A stretch of 41,769 nt of DNA from a virus, in IMG/VR virus record IMGVR_UViG_3300046513_000210, positions 1 to 41,769 of that record. One strand, 5' to 3'. A model generated the notes under the pieces. That model saw only the letters and a program-made list of their open reading frames with translations, was not told the DNA's origin and made no database searches. A program made the position numbers and the translations under genes. Below are positions 24,676-32,868 of the stretch, in pieces (the first letter of the stretch is position 1; the number at the start of each line of letters is the position of its first letter).

Positions 24676-24867
24676 ATGAGCGAGCAACGAGCGCCATTTC
24701 CACGTTCGGCAGATAACGCCGACCAAATGAATTTGCCAGAAGGAAAAACCTGCGGCGACTGCGTGCACTGCCGTCGCTGCACGGTGATGTTCGGGCACAT
24801 CCCGGAGGACGAATCCTGCGACTGGAGCCCGTCGCGCTTTCGTGAAGCTGTGCCAGCTACCGCATAA
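24676..24867 (+). CDS. 63-aa Cys-rich hypothetical protein
   Basis: GGAG lies 7 nt upstream. CGDCVHCRRC cluster plus a fifth Cys. Confidence 0.65.
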   Translation: MSEQRAPFPRSADNADQMNLPEGKTCGDCVHCRRCTVMFGHIPEDESCDWSPSRFREAVPATA

Positions 24868-24885
24868 CCCACCGAGGCATCTGCC

Positions 24886-25158
24886 ATGCATCCATCATTT
24901 CAAGAGCGCATCGACGAACTCGGTGTGCTGCTTCAGAAAACCCACGCCGCGCGCCTGGAGTTCTTCAAGCGCGTTGACCAGGTCATGCCACCGAAGAAGG
25001 TTCGCTTCCAAGTGTCCGGCGAGAGCGGCGGCATGTATCGGGTGATCGACCTGAGCAGCGGTAAGACTCGCGCCTTCCGAGAAACCTTCAAAGCTGCGTA
25101 TGACCTTGCCTTGCAGTTTGAAGAAAAAGCCAACCGCACTATGGGAGCGCAACCGTGA
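24886..25158 (+). CDS. Hypothetical protein (90 aa)
   Basis: Tightly packed in the operon. GTGA overlap with the next gene. Confidence 0.65.
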   Translation: MHPSFQERIDELGVLLQKTHAARLEFFKRVDQVMPPKKVRFQVSGESGGMYRVIDLSSGKTRAFRETFKAAYDLALQFEEKANRTMGAQP

Positions 25159-25460
25159 TCGGCGTGCCAATGCCCAACCCTCGGGACAGCATTATCGAAA
25201 GCCTGAATCAGCAGATGGATCAGTTCTTCGGCGCAGGCAAAACGGTCGAAGAAATTCCGGCCGGCGTCACCGGTGATCCGAAGCTGGCATCCACTCCGCA
25301 CCACGACCGCTTGCGCACCCAGCGGGACAAGCTCGCGCAGAAGCTGAAGATCATGGCCGAGTCCGGATCGTCGCTGAACAAAGCCGCTGAAACTGTTGGC
25401 ATCGGTTACAAGCGAGCTCGCCTCATTGCCAGTGAGAACGGGTTCAAGTTCAGTTCATGA
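25155..25460 (+). CDS. Hypothetical protein with a C-terminal HTH-like segment
   Basis: SLNKAAETVGIGYKRARLIASENG. Start is either GTG 25155 or ATG 25170. Confidence 0.65.
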   Translation: MIGVPMPNPRDSIIESLNQQMDQFFGAGKTVEEIPAGVTGDPKLASTPHHDRLRTQRDKLAQKLKIMAESGSSLNKAAETVGIGYKRARLIASENGFKFSS

Positions 25461-25541
25461 GGCGGATCAGCAGACAGGTGCAACAGCGCCGCAAACAGAC
25501 CTGGCTGGACTTGCCAGCCAGCGGAATTGAAGAGGTAGGCC

Positions 25542-25925
25542 ATGGCCGAAGAACAGGAACTGACGGCGGAAGAACCCCAGCCGACAGCGGAAGCCATCAA
25601 ACAGCGCAAGAAGCGCGAGAAGGCGGCAGCAAAGGACGCTGCATTGGGCGTCGAGAAGTTTACGGTTGAGGTGGCCGGGGTTTTCAAGCCTGATCTGAAG
25701 ACGGTGATGAAGGCCCACGGCTTCAACAACCAGCAGGAGATCCATCAGAACCTCATTCGAAACCTGATTGCCGCAGACTTCGAAACCCAGGCCAAGATGC
25801 TCAAGTGTGTCACGACACCTTTCGTTGTGACTGAAAAGGTGTCACGACAGTTACGGAGTGCCGGACTGCTGCAATTAGCCAAGCATCCCGGCGAACCCGA
25901 AGATGAAATAATCGAGCCCGTGTAG
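25542..25925 (+). CDS. Hypothetical protein (127 aa) with an acidic then basic N-terminus
   Basis: GAGGTAGGCC precedes the ATG. The translation looks protein-like. Confidence 0.65.
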   Translation: MAEEQELTAEEPQPTAEAIKQRKKREKAAAKDAALGVEKFTVEVAGVFKPDLKTVMKAHGFNNQQEIHQNLIRNLIAADFETQAKMLKCVTTPFVVTEKVSRQLRSAGLLQLAKHPGEPEDEIIEPV

Positions 25926-25930
25926 ACCGA

Positions 25931-26134
25931 TTACTTCAATTGCAGCTTCAGATGGGCCAGATAGTTAACGGCGTCTGTTTTTTGCTGGGTGCCAGGTGGG
26001 CCATCACTACCCATCAGCGCCGCATGGGCCTTTTGAAAAACTTTACTCGACACCAGATTCATTTCTGGCGTGTTCAACAAAGCAATCAATAGCTGTTCTA
26101 CAGCGTCAAGCTGGTTTTGGTTCGCCATCTGCAT
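25931..26134 (-). CDS. 67-aa hypothetical protein on the opposite strand, divergent from the methyltransferase genes
   Basis: AAGGAG RBS then ATGCAGATG. Only the last 67 codons of track ORF 25931..26776 lie outside the MTase gene. Locally lower GC. Confidence 0.6.
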   Translation of the reverse strand: MQMANQNQLDAVEQLLIALLNTPEMNLVSSKVFQKAHAALMGSDGPPGTQQKTDAVNYLAHLKLQLK

Positions 26135-26212
26135 CTCCTTGATCCGGCTCCATGCCGGGCCGAACACAAATACCCCACTTCTACGAATCACGCCAGCCGG
26201 CGAGGATCCCCT

Positions 26213-27496
26213 ATGCCACCTACTCACCAGATTCTGGTTGGTGACTGCATTGAAATGATGCGGACGCTGCCAGACAACAGCATCGACAGCGTGGTGACCG
26301 ATCCGCCCTACGGGATCCGATTCATGGGTAAGAGTTGGGACGGGGAAGACATCGAGGCGCGCGCCGCGTACCGCGCCAGTATGCCTTCGCATGCTTCGGC
26401 ATGCGGCCCGAATGGTGGCCACCGCTCGATCGCGGCGGAAGCCGGCAAGTATGATCTGACGCCCGCCGCCATGCGCGCTTTTCAAGCCTTCACGTTGGAA
26501 TGGGCAACCGAGTGCCTGCGTGTACTCAAACCGGGCGGACACCTGCTCTCGTTCGCAGCCGCCCGCACCTATCATCACATGGCGGTCGGCATCGAAATGG
26601 CCGGATTTGAAATTCGCGACCAGATCATGTGGGTGTTCGGCTCGGGCTTTCCCAAGTCCCACAATCTCAAGGGCGAGCATGAAGGCAAAGGCACTGCCCT
26701 GAAGCCTGCGCACGAACCAATCTGCATGGCGCGCAAGCCCTTCCCCGGTACCGTCGCGGACAATGTCGACCTGCACGGCACAGGCGCGCTAAACATCGAC
26801 GCTTGCCGTATCCACGGCGCCGATGCCCTTGCCACCGAGTACTCCCAAAAGCGAATGGCTCCAGGACACGTAGTCAACAACACGGGCGCTTGGAAACAGG
26901 AAGCCCAGTTCACCGGCACGTTGAAAGCTGGCCGCTGGCCCGCGAATCTGATTCACGATGGCAGCTCCGGGGTGGTGGCGATGTTCCCCACTGAAGCCGG
27001 TGCATCAGCGCGCGTTCGCGGCACCGAAACAAGCGCCGCAAGTGTCGGCCAGATTACTGGCCAGCGCGATCGAGTCGCTGGAGCTTTTTACGGAGACAGT
27101 GGCAGCGCTGCCCGGTTCTTCTACTGCGCTAAGACGAGCCGCACCGATCGGCATGAGGGTCTGATCAACCCCGGCGCACAGTTCAAGCAGAGCAACACTT
27201 TGCGCAAGGTCGAAATTACCGAAACAAAGGGCAATAACCATCCGACAGTGAAGCCCACCGATCTTATGGCCTACCTGCTGCGCCTAGTGACCCCGGCCGG
27301 CGGCGTAGTGCTAGATCCATTCATGGGTAGCGGCAGCACCGGCAAGGCTGCGATGCGCGAAGGCTTCCAGTTCATCGGCTGCGAGATAGACGAGCAGTAC
27401 GCGGCGATCGCCCGATCGCGAATCGAGCACGAAATCAACCGCCAGCAAGAACAGCAAGCCGAATCCGACCAGCTCGACCTTTTCGGCACCGCCTGA
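26213..27496 (+). CDS. DNA methyltransferase, N6-adenine/N4-cytosine beta class
   Basis: DPPYG (motif IV) near the N-terminus and FMGSGSTG (motif I) near the C-terminus. Also RWPANLIHD, RFFYCAK and HPTVKP signatures. GAGGA RBS. Confidence 0.9.
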   Translation: MPPTHQILVGDCIEMMRTLPDNSIDSVVTDPPYGIRFMGKSWDGEDIEARAAYRASMPSHASACGPNGGHRSIAAEAGKYDLTPAAMRAFQAFTLEWATECLRVLKPGGHLLSFAAARTYHHMAVGIEMAGFEIRDQIMWVFGSGFPKSHNLKGEHEGKGTALKPAHEPICMARKPFPGTVADNVDLHGTGALNIDACRIHGADALATEYSQKRMAPGHVVNNTGAWKQEAQFTGTLKAGRWPANLIHDGSSGVVAMFPTEAGASARVRGTETSAASVGQITGQRDRVAGAFYGDSGSAARFFYCAKTSRTDRHEGLINPGAQFKQSNTLRKVEITETKGNNHPTVKPTDLMAYLLRLVTPAGGVVLDPFMGSGSTGKAAMREGFQFIGCEIDEQYAAIARSRIEHEINRQQEQQAESDQLDLFGTA

Positions 27497-27549
27497 CCCA
27501 TCCACACCACTCCTAAATGAAACGCTGAATTTACCGGCGAGGATCCTCT

Positions 27550-29355
27550 ATGTCCGCACAACAGAAATTGCCTCAGTTCATCCATGGCCAGCCGAGCATG
27601 GGCCTGCCGTTCGAAAAGGAACTGGTGGTCGACCTGTTCGCCGGCGGCGGGGGCGCCAGCACCGGTATTGCCCGGGCATACCGGGAGCCGGACGTGGCGG
27701 TGAACCACAATCCAATCGCCTTGGCTGTGCATCGCGCCAACCACCCAACGACAGCGCACTACGTGGCTGACGTGTTCGAGGTTGACCCGCGGGAAGCCAC
27801 GGGCGGACAGCCGGTGGCGATCATTTGGGCATCACCGGATTGTCGTCACCACAGCAAGGCCAAGGGCGGCGCGCCGCGCGATCGAGGCGTTCGGGGGTTG
27901 GCCTGGGTGGTGATCCGCTGGCTGTTCGTAACGAAGTCGCGCCTGCTCTTCCTCGAAAACGTTGAAGAGTTCTGCGACTGGGGCCCGATCGACGACGACG
28001 GCCAGCCGATCAAGTCTGAACGCGGCCGCACCTTCAAAGCGTTCATTGCCGCGATCAGCACCGGCCTGCCCGCTGATCATCCGGACATGCAGGAGATCAT
28101 CGACGCGATCGGAGAGTTCGTTCCAGTGGAAGCTCTGGTGCGGGGGCTGGGCTATAACGCTGAGTGGCGGGAGCGAATCGCGGCGAACGCTGGCACCCCG
28201 ACCATCCGCAAGCGCCTTTATCTGGTGGCGCGCAGCGACGGCAAGCCGATCGTTTGGCCGGCGCCGAAGCGTCACAAGCGGCCAGCGGCGAAGCAGTTGC
28301 CATGGCGCTCCGCGGCCGAATGCATCGACTGGAGCAACCTCGGCCGCACGATCTTTCGTGAGAAGCCGATGGCCGAAAACACCATGCGCCGCGTGGCCAA
28401 GGGTTGCTGGCGTCATGTGCTCACCAGTGCGAAGCCTTTCATCGTGCCGATGCGCGGCACCTCATCGGCACACACCAGCACGCACGGCACCGACGAAGCG
28501 CTTTCAACGATCAGCGCGGGCGGCACTCACCACGCGCTGGTGCAGCCCGTTGCGGCGCCCTTCCTCACCGAATGCGCGAATGGATCAGCTCAGCGCAACT
28601 TCGACGTGCAGGAGCCGCTGCGTACGCAGGTCGCTCAAGTCAAAGGGGGTCACTTCGCGATGGCAGCAGCACACATGACCGCGTTCGGGCAAAACGCAGT
28701 GGGCGGCTCACCTGACGATCCAGCGCAGACGGTTATGGCCGGCGCTGCTCGGCACGGCATAGTCACAGCGTTTTTTGAACAGGCCAACGGCGGCTTTTAC
28801 AAAGGCGACGGCCGATCGGCCTACGATCCGATATCGACCATCTGCCAGTCTGGCGCAAATCAGCGCTTGGTGAGCGCTTACCTGGTGAAGTATTACGGCA
28901 ACGAGAAGGACGGTATCTCGCTCAATGAGCCGATGCACACGCTACCGACGAAAGATCGCGTTGCGGTCGTCGAGACGGTGCAGGTGCCCGACACGCTGAC
29001 CCCTGAGCAAATGGAAGGCGCCCGGCGCTGCGCCGCCTTCATGCACAAATACCTGCCGGAGCACTTCAAAGAACCGGCTGAGTTGGTGATGGTCGGCGGC
29101 TATGTGCTGATCGATATCACATTGCGCATGCTGCAACCGCCAGAGCTAAAGGCCGCTCAAGGCTTCGACAAGGACTACATCATCGATCGCGGTCTGTTCG
29201 TCGACCCGGTCACCGGCGCCGAGGAATGGCGCGACATCAAGAAGGTCGATCAGGTGCGGCTGATCGGCAACAGCGTCTGCCCAGACGAAGCTGAAGCATT
29301 GGTCGCCGCCAACGCCGCAGACATTATTGATCTTTATCAGCGGCTCGCCGCATAA
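27550..29355 (+). CDS. DNA (cytosine-5) methyltransferase
   Basis: DLFAGGGGAS (motif I), SPDCRHHS (motif IV Pro-Cys variant), LFLENV (motif VI), AQGF, GNSVCP (motif X). 601 aa. Confidence 0.9.
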   Translation: MSAQQKLPQFIHGQPSMGLPFEKELVVDLFAGGGGASTGIARAYREPDVAVNHNPIALAVHRANHPTTAHYVADVFEVDPREATGGQPVAIIWASPDCRHHSKAKGGAPRDRGVRGLAWVVIRWLFVTKSRLLFLENVEEFCDWGPIDDDGQPIKSERGRTFKAFIAAISTGLPADHPDMQEIIDAIGEFVPVEALVRGLGYNAEWRERIAANAGTPTIRKRLYLVARSDGKPIVWPAPKRHKRPAAKQLPWRSAAECIDWSNLGRTIFREKPMAENTMRRVAKGCWRHVLTSAKPFIVPMRGTSSAHTSTHGTDEALSTISAGGTHHALVQPVAAPFLTECANGSAQRNFDVQEPLRTQVAQVKGGHFAMAAAHMTAFGQNAVGGSPDDPAQTVMAGAARHGIVTAFFEQANGGFYKGDGRSAYDPISTICQSGANQRLVSAYLVKYYGNEKDGISLNEPMHTLPTKDRVAVVETVQVPDTLTPEQMEGARRCAAFMHKYLPEHFKEPAELVMVGGYVLIDITLRMLQPPELKAAQGFDKDYIIDRGLFVDPVTGAEEWRDIKKVDQVRLIGNSVCPDEAEALVAANAADIIDLYQRLAA

Positions 29356-29397
29356 ACCCTTCACCGCCCGGGCGCGCCCCGGCACAGGACGTCATCC

Positions 29398-29970
29398 ATG
29401 CTGAACATCTTCTGGCGAATCATCGCCAAGGTAATCGCGCGGCCGGCCATCGCCGAATGGCTGATCGCCCGCGCCAAGCTCACCCCGTACCAGCACATCA
29501 TGTCCGCCGACGGCACCGAGATGTACATGGGCCGCTGGTGGCTGTTCAACCCGTATAGCCGGGAGACGCACAAGCCGGCGCTGTGGTGGTGCCCGTGGTC
29601 ATTCCGCATTCACCACATCATGCGGCCAGATGAAGACAGGGATCTGCACGATCACCCGTGGAACGCACGCACGATCATTCTGAGCGGCTGGTACACGGAG
29701 GAACGTCTGGAGCCGGCAAGCACCGCCGACTGGCTCTCTGACCGGCCGACACTGCTCCTGCAGGATGACGAGATCTACAAGGTCACGATGCAGACCCGCA
29801 ACCCGGGCGACACCGCCAGACTCAACCACGGCGAATACCACCGCATCGACCAGGTATCCCCCGGCGGCGTCATCACTCTCTTCATCACCAGCAAGTGGCG
29901 CGGTGACTGGGGATTCCTCGTAAACGGCGTGAAGGTGCCTTGGCGCACTTACACCGGTACCGACAATTGA
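29398..29970 (+). CDS. Hypothetical protein with an H...HDHPW motif
   Basis: FRIHHIMRPDEDRDLHDHPWNARTIILSG. Distantly similar to the protein at 31082..31648. Confidence 0.75.
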   Translation: MLNIFWRIIAKVIARPAIAEWLIARAKLTPYQHIMSADGTEMYMGRWWLFNPYSRETHKPALWWCPWSFRIHHIMRPDEDRDLHDHPWNARTIILSGWYTEERLEPASTADWLSDRPTLLLQDDEIYKVTMQTRNPGDTARLNHGEYHRIDQVSPGGVITLFITSKWRGDWGFLVNGVKVPWRTYTGTDN

Positions 29971-29984
29971 CTGGAGACCGCGTG

Positions 29985-30416
29985 ATGAATACGCATTTCA
30001 ATGAGGCCATTGAGGCCGACGACGGCGGCTTTGTCGTGTGCAGGGGCTGCAAAGCTGAGGGTTCCTTCGCTGAACCACCCCGCGGCAAATGTCCAACTCC
30101 TTACAAGCCCGCCAGCGTTTTGCTCGAAGAGTCATTGGCGCGCGAGCAGGCCCTTCAGCAGCGTCTTAACGCAGCGGATCAGCGGCTTGACGAGCTTGGC
30201 ACTCAACTGGCCGAGAGCCGCATGATCACCCTGTCGGGCTGCGAGTTCAGCGAACACGAACTTATCCGTACAGCCGTTCGAATGGTGACCGGCACCAGCC
30301 GGCGCGGCACGCAGCGCTGGGTCGCGATGAAGGACGCTTTCTGCTGCGGATCCGGTGTCGCCCACGCGCTCTGCCGGCGGTTCGGGTACGACCCCGACGA
30401 AATGGTGAAACCGTGA
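29985..30416 (+). CDS. Hypothetical protein (143 aa)
   Basis: GGAG RBS. N-terminal CxxC, a central coiled coil, and a conserved-looking C-terminus GSGVAHALCRRFGYDPDE. Confidence 0.7.
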   Translation: MNTHFNEAIEADDGGFVVCRGCKAEGSFAEPPRGKCPTPYKPASVLLEESLAREQALQQRLNAADQRLDELGTQLAESRMITLSGCEFSEHELIRTAVRMVTGTSRRGTQRWVAMKDAFCCGSGVAHALCRRFGYDPDEMVKP

Positions 30417-30592
30417 AGCGTTTCATCCGCCGCAAGGCCGAAGCCTGGCTGATCCTGATGGCAGCGAAGATTCTCATCGGCCGCAACGTTCAACGCGCCC
30501 CGGTCGTTTCCCGCCGGGACAACAACGACATGTGGCGGATGGCCGAGCAGCTCGAAGACATCGCCCAGCGCATCAGCAGCAAATACCAGTAA
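30413..30592 (+). CDS. 59-aa hypothetical protein with one hydrophobic helix
   Basis: Hand translation VKRFIRRKAEAWLILMAAKILIGRNV... GTGA overlap with the upstream stop. Below the ORF-track cutoff. Confidence 0.5.
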   Translation: MKRFIRRKAEAWLILMAAKILIGRNVQRAPVVSRRDNNDMWRMAEQLEDIAQRISSKYQ

Positions 30593-30639
30593 CTCCCTCC
30601 CCCTTCAAAGTCAGCCGCTATAGCGGCAAGGACGAAGTC

Positions 30640-31008
30640 ATGCCTGAAGAAAGTGATTTGCCGTGGTCGGGCGAAGGGCCGCCACCCACCGGCACGGTTT
30701 GCGAAGTAGATGGATCCGCCGGCGACTCCGGGTTTGGTACATGCACCATCCTCTACTCATCGAGAAGCGTGGTGGTGTGGCAATACATCGAAAGTGATTT
30801 CGAAAACTGCTCGTATGTCGGTGAGCGCGAGTTCCGCCCGAATGGAGCAACCGCTGAGCAACACCGGCAGAACCTGGCGCGCGAGCTGTTCGAAACGATG
30901 ATCCCAGACGAAAACCAGCGCATGCCTTGGGATGCTCTCAACCAGCAGTTCAAGAACGATTTCCTTCGCGCTATTGACGCCGGGTACCGCAAACAGGTGC
31001 AGCCATGA
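30640..31008 (+). CDS. Hypothetical protein (122 aa)
   Basis: Internal ATG with an AGGA RBS. The upstream part of the track ORF overlaps the previous gene. Confidence 0.7.
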   Translation: MPEESDLPWSGEGPPPTGTVCEVDGSAGDSGFGTCTILYSSRSVVVWQYIESDFENCSYVGEREFRPNGATAEQHRQNLARELFETMIPDENQRMPWDALNQQFKNDFLRAIDAGYRKQVQP

Positions 31009-31081
31009 TCCTCTCCAGCATGGCCGGCTGCGCCCTCTTCTTCTGGCTTCCATTGGTACTGACCATAAAGGCGGTGATCGG

Positions 31082-31648
31082 ATGATTATCGATGACGTAA
31101 TGACGGACAAAATCACCCTGCATGGTCTCGGCTTTGTGCAGGTTCAATTGCAAGGTGAACAGCGCCTGCACGTCTGGCACCCTGAACTGCCGCGTCGAGC
31201 CTGCTTCGAGCACTCGTCGATCCACGATCACCGGTTCAACTTCACTTCGCGGGTGATCGTCGGCATTCAGTTCAACCATGAATTCGAACTCGTTTGCCAC
31301 GATGCCGGCGAATTCATGCTCTACCTGCATGAGGGAGCACGGACACCTGGTGGCGGCAGGCCATGGACACCAGACGGTCGCGCAGATCTAGTGCATGTCG
31401 GGACGCTCGGAATACCGGCCGGCAACGATTACAACACTCAGGCATATGCATACCACCGCACCACACCCGGCGGTGACGGCCGCGTAGCGACGATCATGGC
31501 CAAGCGAGGCGAGTACCCGGCCGGCGCTCATTCCACTTGCCGAGTCGGCATTCAGCCAGACACGGACTTCGACCGATTTCAGTGGTCACCAGCGCAGCTC
31601 TGGGAAATTGTGGCGGACGTGTTGCTCGGCCAGAAGGTGGCGCCATGA
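31082..31648 (+). CDS. Hypothetical protein with an H...HDH motif (paralogue-like of 29398..29970)
   Basis: RLHVWHPELPRRACFEHSSIHDHRFNFTSRVIVG. Confidence 0.75.
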   Translation: MIIDDVMTDKITLHGLGFVQVQLQGEQRLHVWHPELPRRACFEHSSIHDHRFNFTSRVIVGIQFNHEFELVCHDAGEFMLYLHEGARTPGGGRPWTPDGRADLVHVGTLGIPAGNDYNTQAYAYHRTTPGGDGRVATIMAKRGEYPAGAHSTCRVGIQPDTDFDRFQWSPAQLWEIVADVLLGQKVAP

Positions 31649-31989
31649 AGCTCACGGAGAAACAGCAGCTCGTTCTTGATGAGCTGCGCAAGATCGGGCG
31701 GGAAAACGCCCATCTCTATCGCGATACCCAGCCATACCTGCATCAGAAGGATTGCGAGAAGTTGGCACTTGGCGACCAAGCATGTGTGTTCGGCATGGGC
31801 GGCCTCACCTTTCAGGTTGGGCACCGCCTCGGAGTATCGGCACCTTCAGTGCTGAGCATCTTCAAGGCCCTTCGGCGAAAAGGTCTGGTGATTCGCGAAG
31901 AGAGCTATCCCGATTATCAGCGCCCACGCTACTGGTGGCCGGTTGGCCTGGCAGCCGAACTGCAGGCTGAACACCGGGTGAGGCCATGA
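31645..31989 (+). CDS. Hypothetical protein, winged-helix-like
   Basis: ATGA overlap with the upstream gene. SAPSVLSIFKALRRKGLV segment. Confidence 0.7.
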   Translation: MKLTEKQQLVLDELRKIGRENAHLYRDTQPYLHQKDCEKLALGDQACVFGMGGLTFQVGHRLGVSAPSVLSIFKALRRKGLVIREESYPDYQRPRYWWPVGLAAELQAEHRVRP

Positions 31990-32309
31990 CCGACAATGAG
32001 CTGTTACAGCTCTCAGCAAAGGCTATGGGATTCGATCTGGAGTACCGGCGCGGGAGCGATGCTTTCTACTACGACGATCCAGACTCAGGTCGAGAGCAAT
32101 GGCATCCGCTCAGCGATGATTGCCAGGCGATGCGCTTGGCGGTAGCCCTGCAGCTGAGCGTTACCTGGTTCACCAACCTTCATTACGTATCCGTTGACCG
32201 CCGGGGCGTCGGCGAGAACATCGGCTGGATCGATGACGAGAGCCGGGGTGGAGCACTTCGCCAAGCGATTACCGCCGTTGCAGCGAAAATCGGCAGCACC
32301 CTCCTTTAA
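31986..32309 (+). CDS. Hypothetical protein (107 aa)
   Basis: ELLQLSAKAMGF...WHPLSDDCQAMRLAVAL is a pattern common in prophage early regions. Confidence 0.7.
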   Translation: MTDNELLQLSAKAMGFDLEYRRGSDAFYYDDPDSGREQWHPLSDDCQAMRLAVALQLSVTWFTNLHYVSVDRRGVGENIGWIDDESRGGALRQAITAVAAKIGSTLL

Positions 32310-32360
32310 CCCCTCCCCCAACTCAACAGCCTGCCGGTGTACGGCGGGCGAGGAATTCGT

Positions 32361-32588
32361 ATGCCCGTGATCATGATCACAACCTCAGTCGCGACCGTTT
32401 TTGAAGTGCCTGACGGGGTCGACCTCTCGCAGGTTCGCCGATTAGCGTTATCAGAACTCGGCGATGACGAATGCGCCACCGACACCGTGGCCGTCCAGCA
32501 CGACAACGTCATGAGCCAGATCTATCTCGGAGCCGCCGATCGCAAAACGGTTTCCATCTCGCACAGCGTTGTCGACCCAACCGAATAA
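32361..32588 (+). CDS. Hypothetical protein (75 aa)
   Basis: GAGGA RBS before ATG 32361. Confidence 0.6.
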   Translation: MPVIMITTSVATVFEVPDGVDLSQVRRLALSELGDDECATDTVAVQHDNVMSQIYLGAADRKTVSISHSVVDPTE

Positions 32589-32625
32589 TCACCTTCTGCC
32601 GTCAAGCGCGGCATGGAGCATCATC

Positions 32626-32868
32626 ATGAGCAAAGTCACCCTGGATGAATGGGCGGCGGCCGAGTTCAAGACGCCGCCCAGCCCCAACACGCTCCGCAAA
32701 TGGGCGCGTGAAGGCCGGATCGCGCCGGCGCCGGTGAAGCACGGGCGGAGCTACTATGTAGAATCCCACGCCCATTATCAGGAACCTGACCAGCAGCCGA
32801 TCCGCATTGTCGGCGGCAGCCTGATCAGCAGAATAGAGAGAGCACGCAATGGCGCCCAGGCCGCGTAA
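32626..32868 (+). CDS. xis: Excisionase (lambda Xis family)
   Basis: VTLDEWAAAEFKTPPSPNTLRKWAREGRIAPAPVKHGRSYYV parallels lambda Xis LTLQEWNARQRRPRSLETVRRWVRECRIFPPPVKDGREYLF. Confidence 0.9.
   Translation: MSKVTLDEWAAAEFKTPPSPNTLRKWAREGRIAPAPVKHGRSYYVESHAHYQEPDQQPIRIVGGSLISRIERARNGAQAA

Noticed and set aside
24408-24887. 159-aa minus-strand ORF
   Set aside because: It runs straight through the strong bidirectional terminator at 24543-72 and through the 63-aa plus-strand gene. The translation is junk-like (Arg/Ser/Gly/Cys-rich).
25931-26776. 281-aa minus-strand ORF
   Set aside because: Everything upstream of codon ~214 is antisense to the DPPY methyltransferase gene. Only the terminal 67 codons, which have their own AAGGAG RBS, are retained as a gene.
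31005-31085. 26-aa hydrophobic mini-ORF (MILSSMAGCALFFWLPLVLTIKAVIG) with ATGA overlaps on both sides
   Set aside because: The coupling pattern is suggestive, but it is too short to support from sequence alone. It is noted only as something to check in ribosome profiling.
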